A stretch of DNA of 64,000 nucleotides from Candidatus Thorarchaeota archaeon SMTZ1-45 (GTDB lineage Archaea; Asgardarchaeota; Thorarchaeia; Thorarchaeales; Thorarchaeaceae), in contig LRSL01000076.1 in NCBI GenBank assembly GCA_001563335.1, positions 5,325-69,324 of the forward strand. Direction: 5' to 3'. The notes under the pieces were generated by a model. It made no database searches and was not told where the DNA came from. It worked only from the letters and a program-made list of their open reading frames with translations. How positions within the stretch are numbered: the first letter of the stretch is position 1; every line of letters begins with the position of its first letter. The position numbers and the translations under genes were made by a program. Shown here piece after piece: positions 46,227 through 56,196 of the stretch.

Positions 46227-46676
46227 ATGAACGAGAGAAGATATCCTTCTATTCCTATTCCTGGAGTAGGGGCAATTGTTGTAGGACAAAAAGGTGTTCT
46301 TTTAGCCAGGCGTGATAAAGATCCAGGAAAGGGTCTCTGGAGCATCCCGGGAGGGGGTGTCGAGCTTGGCGAAACACAGGAGGCTTCTGTAATTCGAGAA
46401 GTGGAAGAAGAAACTGGAGTGGAGTGTGAGGTAGTGGATTTTGTGAGTACTGCTGATTTAATAACTAGGGACTCATCCGGAGCGGTTGAATTCCATTTTC
46501 TTCTAAACCATTTTCTCGCACGCGCAATTACTGAGAAGATACGTTCTGAAACTGAGGAGGGTGAGGTTAACTGGTTTCATCCTGATAGTCTTCCTGATGA
46601 CATGGCTAGTCAAAGAATTGTAGATCTTATTCAATCAGTACATGATAGAATTCTCGTAATTATGAACGAAACATAA
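46227..46676 (+). CDS. NUDIX hydrolase
   Basis: Nudix box GGGVELGETQEASVIREVEEETGV. Confidence 0.9.
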   Translation: MNERRYPSIPIPGVGAIVVGQKGVLLARRDKDPGKGLWSIPGGGVELGETQEASVIREVEEETGVECEVVDFVSTADLITRDSSGAVEFHFLLNHFLARAITEKIRSETEEGEVNWFHPDSLPDDMASQRIVDLIQSVHDRILVIMNET

Positions 46677-46698
46677 GACACCAGTATTATACTACTAT

Positions 46699-46715
46699 AT
46701 ATCAATAATTGATAT
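46699..46715. promoter_or_regulatory. 17-nt palindrome ATATCAATAATTGATAT upstream of 46791
   Basis: Perfect 8-nt arms around a central A, about 75 nt upstream of the ATG. The CAAT-ATTG core is reminiscent of, but not identical to, the TTAACAATTGTTAA motif. Confidence 0.25.
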
Positions 46716-46790
46716 TGCCACGAAATATAAAAGCCAACAGATAATCAGAGAGTACGAGTCTTTCCAGACATAAGGACGTGTAGAAATACT

Positions 46791-47258
46791 ATGTTCAGAA
46801 CAATAATGGCGTTACTAATTTGTTTAGTGACCGCAATCATAATCGGGGCTTTCCAAATACTTGGCCTCGACCTTGCAGGAATTCAAGCTATAATTGGTAG
46901 CTCAAATATCACTAATGAATTGATGGCAAGAGGCGCACTACTCTTTGGAACAATGTTGTTCCCATATACCGCAGCGACCTCCGCAACACCCATTTACTCG
47001 CCACTTGTGGCACTTGGTGTTGCTGGTTTCATAGCTGGTCTTATTTCTAAGAGTGGAGTTAGGATGCTCTTTGTTTCAATCATTGCAATGGTTCTTTTCT
47101 TCCTTGGATTTTATGTCCTAAGCTACGCTGGAGATCCAACCAATGTTTCTGAAATGCTGAACATAGCTCGAACTTTTGCTATAGATTTCGGTGTTTCATT
47201 TGCGCTACTCTTTATACCTGGAATAATTGGTGCATCACTTACATCTGAGGACTACTAG
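46791..47258 (+). CDS. Integral membrane protein (4-5 TM), unknown function
   Basis: 155 aa, almost entirely hydrophobic helices. Confidence 0.6.
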   Translation: MFRTIMALLICLVTAIIIGAFQILGLDLAGIQAIIGSSNITNELMARGALLFGTMLFPYTAATSATPIYSPLVALGVAGFIAGLISKSGVRMLFVSIIAMVLFFLGFYVLSYAGDPTNVSEMLNIARTFAIDFGVSFALLFIPGIIGASLTSEDY

Positions 47259-47274
47259 TTCTCTTGAGTGAAAT

Positions 47275-47291
47275 GGGGGCCTGTTGCCCCC
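47275..47291. terminator. GC hairpin plus T-run between convergent genes
   Basis: GGGGGC-ctgtt-GCCCCC, followed by aatgacctttttt. Confidence 0.55.
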
Positions 47292-47302
47292 AATGACCTT
47301 TT

Positions 47303-48802
47303 TTAATCTGATTTACTAAGTTGATTTGCTAATCTATCTGAAGTCAGCTGTAAAAATTCATTCAAGTGAGTCTTCTGAATGAACGCTCCTGCAGCCATGG
47401 GATGTCCTCCAGCTTCGGCAACCAATGCACCAATTCTCTCATTAAGCATGTCTGCAACTTCTACAAATACTTCTTTGAGATTCACACCAATTTCTACAAG
47501 TTGTTTGTGAGCTCGACCAGATAACTTAGCCAAGGGACTATCATCAGTTGTGTTTGTACTGATCCCGATAACTGGTTTATTTATTGGGATAATCATAGAT
47601 CCTTGCGCCATACCGATTACAATACCAATTATAGTATCAGGAGTATCTGGATCATCAACAACATACATACCCTGCATCTCAATGTAACCATCCTCCTCGA
47701 GGCGTCGGAGTGCACTTGCTAGGTTCACTCTATGTTGTTGAAGTAGCGTTGTTCCTTCAGCAAAAGCCTCAGAGTCTTGCATACATACTCTTACTCCTAC
47801 TTCTGGACGTCTGTTTCTTCCACACGCATTCAATAGCGTTGAGAATTCCTTTGCGCTTCGCATCTCCGTCTTTGGGGGTCTATGAGTGAGTACAATGGTA
47901 TCACCAATTATTCCCTGAGCGATACTTGGATCATCATAATGCTCAAGAACTACTTGGATGACGCCTTGAATTGCTATTTGTTTCTCCTCTGATTCAAGGT
48001 CCACCCATGTCCTCCACTCATCCCCAGCCTTAAGGTCAATGCTGAGGTTCTGAAAGAATGCATAACATGCCTCCTCAGATCCAGTTAATCCAGGAAGGTA
48101 CGGGTCTGTCGCATATTGAAGAAGATATGGTAAAGGTCGAGTGTGAATACCAAAGAAAGTGAGGTCTCTAACAACTTGGAGGTATCCATATGTTTCTCCT
48201 AATTCTACTATTTTTCTATTGAGTCCAACAAAACCTCTTCCATAGTAATCTTGCAGGTCTCCAGTAGCTCCCACAATAGCCAACTCTGTTAGGTCTATAT
48301 TCTTATTCGAAACAAAGAGAGCAAGAAGAAAAGCTGTTCCCGCTCCTGAAAGGTCATAACTTCCACTTATGCCATGCTGCCAAGGATTGATTTCTATTAT
48401 TTTAGATGATACAGCTTGTTGAGTTGACTCCACGGAATCATCAGACGGTAAATGATGGTCAAGAATGATCACAGAGTTGACACTATCAATATCGTGTACG
48501 TGATTCATTACCAACTCCATTTGACCAGTTCCAAAGTCGCTGAAAATCACCAAATCTGGTCCATAATTTCGAATATTCTCCTCAATTTGAATAATAGATT
48601 CAGAATTGATTTGGTGAACATTCTTCCACTCAAAGTCTTTTTTTTCTCGCTCCAACATAATTGAGATTATAGCAAGAGCAGAGATACCATCCGCATCTAT
48701 GTGTGAGAAAGCAAAGACCCTTCTTGCCCTCTTAACTTCTTTAGCAGCTTTAAGAAGTAACTTCCCCATTGACTCTGGTATAGACTCGTATAGGCTCTCC
48801 AT
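47303..48802 (-). CDS. DHH/DHHA1 phosphoesterase, archaeal RecJ/Cdc45 (GAN)-like
   Basis: FAFSHIDADGISA (motifs I/II), VIILDHH (DHH), GGHPMAAGA (DHHA1). 499 aa. Confidence 0.8.
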   Translation of the reverse strand: MESLYESIPESMGKLLLKAAKEVKRARRVFAFSHIDADGISALAIISIMLEREKKDFEWKNVHQINSESIIQIEENIRNYGPDLVIFSDFGTGQMELVMNHVHDIDSVNSVIILDHHLPSDDSVESTQQAVSSKIIEINPWQHGISGSYDLSGAGTAFLLALFVSNKNIDLTELAIVGATGDLQDYYGRGFVGLNRKIVELGETYGYLQVVRDLTFFGIHTRPLPYLLQYATDPYLPGLTGSEEACYAFFQNLSIDLKAGDEWRTWVDLESEEKQIAIQGVIQVVLEHYDDPSIAQGIIGDTIVLTHRPPKTEMRSAKEFSTLLNACGRNRRPEVGVRVCMQDSEAFAEGTTLLQQHRVNLASALRRLEEDGYIEMQGMYVVDDPDTPDTIIGIVIGMAQGSMIIPINKPVIGISTNTTDDSPLAKLSGRAHKQLVEIGVNLKEVFVEVADMLNERIGALVAEAGGHPMAAGAFIQKTHLNEFLQLTSDRLANQLSKSD

Positions 48803-48877
48803 TTTTCCCAGTAGAGTGTCTATACATGCAGAATATAAGTTGGGTGCTCTTTTATAGCGAGTAAGAAAAGGTCGAAG

Positions 48878-49219
48878 TTATTCAGTCACTCTCATTGCTC
48901 TTGATAGTGCAAGAAATATTACTAGAAACACACTCGCAACAGCAGCCAGTGTCTTTGCCACTTTTTGCCACATTTTCAGAGGAATCTCCATTTCTCTTAG
49001 TTCATTTTTGATCTTCCTTAGATAAACTCGTGTTTCTGTGTATAGCGCGTCTTGATCATCCATCTTAGAAGAATATTGAGCCCAACTTTCATACAGTGGT
49101 GATTCTGGTTTTTGCTTGAGCCATTCATCCCAAAGCTGAAGAATTTCATCGCGATGTGGTGAAGGGAATCCCTTGATTGTTTCCCGGATTCGATTCTCCC
49201 AATCATCTGGCATTCTCAT
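48878..49219 (-). CDS. Tail-anchored small protein (C-terminal TM), unknown function
   Basis: Charged helical N-terminus, then TLAAVASVFLVIFLALS near the C-terminus. Confidence 0.45.
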   Translation of the reverse strand: MRMPDDWENRIRETIKGFPSPHRDEILQLWDEWLKQKPESPLYESWAQYSSKMDDQDALYTETRVYLRKIKNELREMEIPLKMWQKVAKTLAAVASVFLVIFLALSRAMRVTE

Positions 49220-49388
49220 ATATGTGCACCTCTTTTATTCCCGGCAGAGGGTTACTAGAGTGTTACTTTGTTTATTATTAAGTTTTGACTGGTTTTTGTT
49301 TAATTTGTCATTTCGCGCGCGGAATTCCTTTTTATTTAAATATGGCTATTTTTTGTCTTCAAATCAGACCAAACAGGCAACTATTGTT

Positions 49389-49913
49389 CTATCTCATTTT
49401 TGAGATATCTTTGCTCCATTCCTTAATATCAGTTCGAAGTTTTGACAAATCTGCTGGACTTATTGTGTCCACTCTTCCGTAGGTTCGGAGGATTCGTGTC
49501 CATCTTTGCATCTTTACAATGATGGCGCTTGCGGCTCCTTTACCTTCGAGGATTTCAGCTGATTCATTGATCTTCTGAGCTAAATCACTGGCAATCACAC
49601 CTTCTCTTACTTGCGTTTCAAGTGTGTCAAGTACTGATTGAAGATTGGACACAGCACTTTTGTCAGCTAAGCTCGGTCCTCCAGCTCCGGCAGCTACAGG
49701 AGCAGCTAGCTCTAGCTCCTTGACAAGTCGTATAATCTCATCAAGTCTCTCTGTGTTTGCATTGACTGCAAGAGTGAGCTCTGATGTGTTCTCTTGAACC
49801 TCAGTGATAGCTGAGATGACCTCAATCATTCTATTTAACATCTGAGTGAGTCTCTCGATAGCTCCATTAATGTCTGTGAGTTTTGCTCTGATGTATGTGT
49901 CTTCTTCGCTCAT
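49389..49913 (-). CDS. Hypothetical all-helical protein with a central Ala/Gly/Pro linker
   Basis: 174 aa. Two helical halves are separated by AAPVAAGAGGPS. No motif recognised. Confidence 0.5.
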   Translation of the reverse strand: MSEEDTYIRAKLTDINGAIERLTQMLNRMIEVISAITEVQENTSELTLAVNANTERLDEIIRLVKELELAAPVAAGAGGPSLADKSAVSNLQSVLDTLETQVREGVIASDLAQKINESAEILEGKGAASAIIVKMQRWTRILRTYGRVDTISPADLSKLRTDIKEWSKDISKMR

Positions 49914-50106
49914 TGTATTATCCCCGAATAAGAGAGCGCCTTTCCTGGCATGTAATGTCAGGTCTTTCCAATGTTTGAAGATTAAGCTTTCTGTGTTGTT
50001 TAATACGGAAGTCTATTTTCTTTCAAGTCCATAACCGAATACTAATATCTACTTTGTTGATTTTTGGGTTCTAATATGGAGATTAAATTGGGAGGTCTAC
50101 AGCATC

Positions 50107-50457
50107 GTGTATGTCATTAATTATAAAGAACGAGAAGAAACTTATGTTGAATTAGCTGGTTCAAAGAATGTTATGATGCGCTGGCTTGTTGGTAGAAGGA
50201 CTGGGGCAAAGACATACGCTATGCGTCATTTTGAGGTAAAACCTGGTGGAATAATCCCTCTACATTCACATCATGAAGAACATGAAATCTTTGTCCTGGA
50301 AGGAGAGGCTAAAGTCCTTGGTGATGTTGAAGGCTTAATTGCAAAAAAAGATGATGTCGTTTATGTTCCATCAGATTTGCCGCATGGTTATGACAATACA
50401 AAAGGTACGAAACCTTTTCGTTTCATTTGTGTAATTCCACTTCTCGAAAAAGAGTAG
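50107..50457 (+). CDS. Cupin domain protein
   Basis: GGIIPLHSHHEEHEIFVLEGEA ... VYVPSDLPHG (cupin motifs 1 and 2). Confidence 0.8.
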   Translation: MYVINYKEREETYVELAGSKNVMMRWLVGRRTGAKTYAMRHFEVKPGGIIPLHSHHEEHEIFVLEGEAKVLGDVEGLIAKKDDVVYVPSDLPHGYDNTKGTKPFRFICVIPLLEKE

Positions 50458-50505
50458 GTACTTTTTTCTTTGTGACTACACATTCGTGAAGGTGGAGCTG
50501 ATATC

Positions 50506-51312
50506 ATGAATCTGCGTGATAAAAAACTCTGGGTCTTTGATGTTGATAATACGTTAATTCATGATGTTGAGCATCCCACTCCCTTCGATGATGCTTTGAA
50601 GTTGTGGAATGCACTGATCGAAAAAGGATACAATGTCGCGATTCTTACGAATGTTGGTCGACTTTCATCTCGACAAGTCTACCAGGCAATTTCAAAAGCT
50701 GGTTTCAAGATACCTGTAGAACAAGTTTTCACTGCTGGTGCAGCAGCCGCTGCTTATGTACACAACAGAGCACCAGGAGCAAGATGTTTCGTAATTGGCG
50801 AAGGTGGGGCTCAGGAAGACTTTATCGCAAGGGGCTTAGACGTTACTAATAATCCGCCAATTGATTTTGTCGCAGTTGCTGCTGACCGAGGGATGACATT
50901 TCAGGAGCTTAATTTTGCCACTAGAATGGTCAAAGAAGGAGCCCAACTAATCTGTATTAGTGGAAGTAAGGACTATCCTGGAATCTATCTAGGGACTGAA
51001 GATACTTTCATAGGTGAGCGGTCTATTGTAGCTGCGATAGAACATGCTACTGGTGTGGATTCTGTCGTTGTTGGAAAACCACTTCCAGAGATTCTCATTG
51101 AAACTGTAAAGGTTCTTGGATACAAAACCTCGGACTCTGTAATGGTTGGTGATAATCCAAAATCTGATATTGCTGGTGGGAATGCGGCAGGGATGACTAC
51201 AATCTTGGTTAAGCGAGACCCTAATAACATTGTGGCTTTTGAATCAGAGGATTATGATAGCACACCAACAATCACTGTAGAATCTCTTGAAGAGTTAATA
51301 TCACAAATATAG
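50506..51312 (+). CDS. HAD-superfamily subfamily IIA hydrolase (NagD-like)
   Basis: VFDVDNTLI (DxDxT), TN, GKP, and MVGDNPKSDIAGG. Confidence 0.85.
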   Translation: MNLRDKKLWVFDVDNTLIHDVEHPTPFDDALKLWNALIEKGYNVAILTNVGRLSSRQVYQAISKAGFKIPVEQVFTAGAAAAAYVHNRAPGARCFVIGEGGAQEDFIARGLDVTNNPPIDFVAVAADRGMTFQELNFATRMVKEGAQLICISGSKDYPGIYLGTEDTFIGERSIVAAIEHATGVDSVVVGKPLPEILIETVKVLGYKTSDSVMVGDNPKSDIAGGNAAGMTTILVKRDPNNIVAFESEDYDSTPTITVESLEELISQI

Positions 51313-51356
51313 GCAACTCGCAATACTCAAAGGGACGGTAGCGAAATACCTCATTC

Positions 51357-52049
51357 ATGACGCATTTGGAAAGACCGAATATTCGTTTCGAAGTAGACAG
51401 ACCTGGACTCAGTGTTGGAATGGTCATACTTAAGGACATTAAGGTTGGTCAATCTACTTCATCATTCGAAATGTATGAGATGGAAACATTCAAAGAAATT
51501 CGGTCTAGCATGACACTCGAGGAAGCGAAGGACGATCCAATTTTCCGGTCGTATCGAGACCTCTACTGGACTTTTGGTATGGATCCAACAAAGCTTCGTG
51601 TGTCCAGTGAGGCAGTTCTACGTAGAATTCTCAAGGGCTTGAATCTATGGCGAATATCTGACATTGTAGATATTATCAACCTTGCATCAGCTTATCACAA
51701 GATACCAATCGGTCTTATCGACGCATCAAAGTTGAAAGGGAACCTTGTTATTCGAACAGCGAGCAAGGGGGAAGTATTCCAAAGGATTGGAGGAAAGACA
51801 ATCGTCTGTCGAGGACGAGAAATTGTCGTAGCAGATGACGAGAAGATAGTATGTTTTGGCTATGCTACTCATGACTCAGAGCGTACGATGATCACTAAGA
51901 CGAGTAAAAGAGTTCTTGTCCTTCTTTATGGAGCCAAGGGAGTTTCAAAACCAATGATGAATGAAGCATTGAGAATAACACTTGATATGATTGACCAATG
52001 GTTGGACTGCAAAGTTTCTGAACCATTGATTTTCGATTCAGAATCTTAA
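51357..52049 (+). CDS. B3/B4 tRNA-binding domain protein (PheRS-beta B3_4-like, stand-alone)
   Basis: YRDLYWTFGMDPTKLRVSSEAVLRRILKG..LWRISDIVDIINLAS...PIGLID... is typical of the B3_4 domain. Confidence 0.7.
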   Translation: MTHLERPNIRFEVDRPGLSVGMVILKDIKVGQSTSSFEMYEMETFKEIRSSMTLEEAKDDPIFRSYRDLYWTFGMDPTKLRVSSEAVLRRILKGLNLWRISDIVDIINLASAYHKIPIGLIDASKLKGNLVIRTASKGEVFQRIGGKTIVCRGREIVVADDEKIVCFGYATHDSERTMITKTSKRVLVLLYGAKGVSKPMMNEALRITLDMIDQWLDCKVSEPLIFDSES

Positions 52050-54127
52050 AACTCTAGAAATGGCTGCCCAAGGATTATTCTCTCGAGTAGGCTATTCTTA
52101 CTCGCTTTATTCACCATCTGTTCGAATTCTTTCTTTAATCGATTTTCATCAACATATTCTGGTTCCTTGATACCCATACTATTGACAACCATCTTGAGCA
52201 TATACTCAAACTCATAGATGAGGTAGTCTTCCTTTCGAGTTTTGCCCTTTCTTGTCACTTCTTTCTTGACCTTCTTGGCCAATCCTTGTTTGATTGCCTC
52301 CCTTGTTTCAGTCAAATAGAATGACATCGATTTCTCATAATGCAGCTCCCCTCTTGTGACGAGTTCCTTCAAGAATGGCAAGCCAAAAGTCCTTCTAGCA
52401 ATTGCTTCAATCCTAGCGACAAATCCATTGATGATATCTTCATAGGAGAGCAGTCCTGCTTGCCCTCGTGTTTCAAAGACCTTGTCTGTAACCTTTGCAG
52501 ACTTGAACTTCTCCTTCTTCTCAGCTAGAAGTTTCTCTCTCTCTAGGCGGGCTGCTTCATCTGCTTTTCTTTTCTCCTCCTCCAGACGTTTTCTTTCAGC
52601 CTCTTTCTTTGCCTCCTCAATCTTCTTCAGTTTCTCTTGTCTGGCTTTCTCCCTCTCAGCAGCCTCTTGTTTTTCTCGTGCTATGCGTTCCTCCTCGAGC
52701 TTCTTGAGGATTTTCTCTTGCTCTGTCCTCAATTTTTGCATATGAGTCTGAACATCCTTCTCAGTAAGTGTGATGTGTTTTGTGAGAAGCCAACGAACAC
52801 CTATGTGATTCACTTTGGGTTTAAGGTCCGCGGAGGAGAAGATGAAGCTGGCAGTTTGCTGGCCTGGAAGTTGAGTTATGATTTCTTCTGATTCTTTTTC
52901 ACCAGCAATTGGCTCTAATATTCGTTCGAGAACCTTTAGTGATTGCTCGCTACTAATTCTGCCTGCTGAAATTGTGTTGAATTGTTCGAATGCTTTGTAA
53001 TCAATATCTTTTGGGCTTTGAGTGGCAATAAGACACTCGACACCATATTTCCGTGCTTGTCGGAAAAGTAGTAGAAATGTTTCCTTGGGCCCTGGAGCTC
53101 TCATTCCTGCGGGAATGAATGGAGCCGCTTCATCTTGGAAAATCATCATACGTGGCTTCTCAGTAAAGCCTTGTCTTAGCATCCATGAGTATAACTGATT
53201 TAGAACAATTGCAATGAAGAAATGTTTCTCTTCTTCGCTCCTTAGTGTTTTGAGAAAAATAACATTGATTGGGGTCTTACCATTAACCGGTTGAGTTAGA
53301 TAATCAAAATCTATCTCACCTTCTTCTTTGAAGAGGAGTTGCGAAGAACCGACTGTAAGACTTCTTATTCGAGTCGCTAAAGTTTGTCTCTCAGAGAACT
53401 TCATAAAAGGTTCAAGATCGACTCCTACCGTTTCTTTATCTGCAACTAACATATCCGCTAATTCTGATAATTCATCAATCTCAGTCTTCTCGTCTTCCCA
53501 TATTGTTCTAAGAAGTTCATATATTGCTGCAAATGACTTTCCTTCCCAAGACCTTGACAGGCCTGAAACTTTCATCAGTACCTTGACTAGAGTCCTTGCT
53601 GAGTTATCTAGGAGTCGAATAATGTCATCTTGATCTGCATTTCTATCAGGAAGCTTCAATGGATTGATAGAGATGGCTAGTCCTTTGCTACTTGCGGGTG
53701 TATAGACTCTGACCAGAACTTTATCCATATACTCTTTGAGTCTTTCAGGTGGAACACCTTTCTCCGAAAGTTCCTTGGGATCGCCTGGTATCATTAGGGA
53801 TGCAATGTCACCTTGTGGATCGAATGCAAGAATTGGAATTCCTTGCATAGCTGCTTCTTCTAAGATACACTTTGAGAGAACAGTCTTGCCCGATCCAGTC
53901 GAACCGAAAACTCCTCCATGTCGTCTAAGGAGATCAACACTCACTTCAAATTTTTCATCGGTTCGTTTTCCTTGCTCATCAAGCTTGTATCCTAACCAGA
54001 GTTTGTCACCCATGTCAAACACCAAACATCCTGCTATCGATTTTTTAGTTTTAAGAGCCTTTCCACGATAAAAAAGAGATGAAGTGGATGGGGAAAACCC
54101 CATCCAACTTGGGTTTTTATTCTCCAA
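52046..54127 (-). CDS. HerA/FtsK-class (DUF87-like) P-loop ATPase with an ER/K-type charged helix and an extra C-terminal domain
   Basis: Walker A GSTGSGKT (aa 75-82) and Walker B MMIFQDEA (aa 327-334), with ATQSPKDID downstream. Aa ~463-542 are an uninterrupted E/K/R-rich stretch (nt 52502-52741). About 150 further residues follow. Confidence 0.8.
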   Translation of the reverse strand: MENKNPSWMGFSPSTSSLFYRGKALKTKKSIAGCLVFDMGDKLWLGYKLDEQGKRTDEKFEVSVDLLRRHGGVFGSTGSGKTVLSKCILEEAAMQGIPILAFDPQGDIASLMIPGDPKELSEKGVPPERLKEYMDKVLVRVYTPASSKGLAISINPLKLPDRNADQDDIIRLLDNSARTLVKVLMKVSGLSRSWEGKSFAAIYELLRTIWEDEKTEIDELSELADMLVADKETVGVDLEPFMKFSERQTLATRIRSLTVGSSQLLFKEEGEIDFDYLTQPVNGKTPINVIFLKTLRSEEEKHFFIAIVLNQLYSWMLRQGFTEKPRMMIFQDEAAPFIPAGMRAPGPKETFLLLFRQARKYGVECLIATQSPKDIDYKAFEQFNTISAGRISSEQSLKVLERILEPIAGEKESEEIITQLPGQQTASFIFSSADLKPKVNHIGVRWLLTKHITLTEKDVQTHMQKLRTEQEKILKKLEEERIAREKQEAAEREKARQEKLKKIEEAKKEAERKRLEEEKRKADEAARLEREKLLAEKKEKFKSAKVTDKVFETRGQAGLLSYEDIINGFVARIEAIARRTFGLPFLKELVTRGELHYEKSMSFYLTETREAIKQGLAKKVKKEVTRKGKTRKEDYLIYEFEYMLKMVVNSMGIKEPEYVDENRLKKEFEQMVNKASKNSLLERIILGQPFLEF

Positions 54128-54746
54128 CTGGTTCGTATCTTCTACCTAAGAAGAATACAATTACAACAACTAGTACTACAGCTAATAGAAACAGAGCTCC
54201 TGACGCCCATCCATATGACCAGGTGTTTTTGATTATACTCATTAGAAGGTAGACGCCTGCCATGATTACACCTAAAACAAGTGAAACCAGCATGAACCGT
54301 GAGGTCATTTCCTTCACTTGTCCTGTTTCAGCACCCTCTGCAATCTTACTTCCAAAGAATACAAACACAAAGAGGAAGATGTATGCGATCACAATCATGG
54401 TCCCCATGTCAAACAGGTAACCTTGAGTGACTTCATCCGCATCAATACCTTCAAGCATTCCAAAGGTGAGTAAAGTTCCTAGGGCATGAATGTAAACAAG
54501 CATATTAGATAACAGCTTATCATCGGGATGCACAAATCCTGTCATTTCAGTGAATGTGTTGATTATACTGATAATCAAAACAACTCCTAGAATACCAAGT
54601 GCTCCAATCCATATGTAGAACGGATACTGCATTTGCTCAGGAGTTGCAGATAGTGATTCAAGCAGATATTTCACACCAATAGTAACACCAAGCAGTGTTA
54701 GTCCAATTCCAGAAAGGAAGTTGCCAATAGTCGTAAGCCTAACCAT
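54117..54746 (-). CDS. Polytopic membrane protein (about 6 TM) co-transcribed with the HerA-like ATPase
   Basis: 209 aa with six hydrophobic helices. Its stop overlaps the ATPase ATG at 54127 by 11 nt, or precedes the alternative ATG at 54103 by 13 nt. Confidence 0.7.
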   Translation of the reverse strand: MVRLTTIGNFLSGIGLTLLGVTIGVKYLLESLSATPEQMQYPFYIWIGALGILGVVLIISIINTFTEMTGFVHPDDKLLSNMLVYIHALGTLLTFGMLEGIDADEVTQGYLFDMGTMIVIAYIFLFVFVFFGSKIAEGAETGQVKEMTSRFMLVSLVLGVIMAGVYLLMSIIKNTWSYGWASGALFLLAVVLVVVIVFFLGRRYEPVGE

Positions 54747-54836
54747 ATTTGACTCTCCCCTGTCGGAGTATCTGAAGGCTCACTGTGCCTAGTTTCTATT
54801 AACTCTTTGCAATATCTCAGAAAGCATGTAATCTCT

Positions 54837-56045
54837 TTAATCATACGTGTGAATGACTGGTGCTGCTTCCTTGAGGAAATAGGTACCAATGCATGCAACT
54901 GCAATTAGAGCTGCTACTAAGATAGCTAAGCCAAGGAGACTTCCCATTTCATATGCAATTTGGCCTGCTAATGGTCCAATGATCATCCCTGAGCCAAAGA
55001 AGATACTATACACACCCATAGTGCTTCCCCGAGCCTCTTCACTTGAAATATCAGTGAGATAAGCCATAGCCGCAGGAGGGAAAGATCCCGCAACGAATCC
55101 TAGAATTGGTAATAAAGGCCAAATCGACCAGACAGCTGAGAAATTTTCTGAATTTGCGACGAGAATATATGAAAGGGCACCAAATCCAATAAGACCCACA
55201 ACAATGAATGGTCTTCTTTTCATTAGGTGATCTGAGAGATGTCCCATCGTAATGATTCCCAGAATTAGCGAAATCCCAAGCATAGCAAAGATGACTAGCA
55301 TATCAAACTCTGTGAGTGAGAAGTGTTCCTCAATTATTTGTTTCAGTTTTGAAATCATGAGACCATATAGAGAGATTATTGGTACGTAGACTGGTAGCAT
55401 AAGTTGGATTCTTCGATCACCTGCAACCTCCTTCAAAAGAGCAGTCATGCTTACCTCAGTTTTTGAAACCACTCGAGTTTCCTTAATTAGAAAGAGTGCA
55501 AGAAAACCACTAATTGTGCATGCTCCTGCGGCGGCAAATAGAAGTATGTGAGGCTCCCACCCGAATTCCAATAATAGAATTCCCAGACCAAAACCACCAG
55601 CAAGTCCTACTAGGGTCGACAGGTCATAATATCCCATTAATCGTGCTCGATTGAATTCTGAAGAAGCATCGGCAATCATTGAGAGAGTAGTGGTGACCTT
55701 TGATGCTGCACCTATACCAAAGAGAACAGCTAGAATGTACGCAAGAAACTCAAAAGAAGCAATCCCAAACAGAAAGGCTGCTAGTCCTGTAAGGAATAGA
55801 CTTGCAACAAAAATGGGTTTTCTTCCAATCTTATCGCTATATGTGCCAAAGAATGAAACTGTGCTCAACTCTGATATTGGATAGATGATGAGAATAAGAG
55901 TAACACTCCATCCTTGCAAGATGCCACCCATGTATGCGTTACTCGAGATTACAGCTATTGTCACGTAGAACGATGCTCGCATTATCAATGTCACAATATA
56001 TAGCATCATTAAGGTCAGGAAATGACCAGATTTTCTAAGTCCCAT
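54837..56045 (-). CDS. MFS transporter
   Basis: 12 TM segments. The loop 2-3 motif is GTYSDKIGRKP (MFS signature G-x3-D-[RK]-x-G-R-[RK]). Confidence 0.85.
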   Translation of the reverse strand: MGLRKSGHFLTLMMLYIVTLIMRASFYVTIAVISSNAYMGGILQGWSVTLILIIYPISELSTVSFFGTYSDKIGRKPIFVASLFLTGLAAFLFGIASFEFLAYILAVLFGIGAASKVTTTLSMIADASSEFNRARLMGYYDLSTLVGLAGGFGLGILLLEFGWEPHILLFAAAGACTISGFLALFLIKETRVVSKTEVSMTALLKEVAGDRRIQLMLPVYVPIISLYGLMISKLKQIIEEHFSLTEFDMLVIFAMLGISLILGIITMGHLSDHLMKRRPFIVVGLIGFGALSYILVANSENFSAVWSIWPLLPILGFVAGSFPPAAMAYLTDISSEEARGSTMGVYSIFFGSGMIIGPLAGQIAYEMGSLLGLAILVAALIAVACIGTYFLKEAAPVIHTYD

Positions 56046-56196
56046 TCTTTTGGTCTCCGCGTAATGTAGGTCTGGCCGATGCGTTAGCGTTTATAAGCTT
56101 GGTAGGTGCAACAATTGAACTATGGCTGGCAGTAGGATTTCAGGGGACATTGGTTCAACAGAGTATGTATACCTCTCACTCTATAGGCTAAGAATC

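Noticed and set aside
52482-52891. Apparent tandem/low-complexity DNA repeat and three + strand ORFs (87, 84 and 62 aa, Ser/Phe/Leu-rich).
   Set aside because: This is the antisense of the GAA/AAG-rich segment encoding the ER/K-like helix of the HerA-like ATPase. It is not an independent repeat element or gene.
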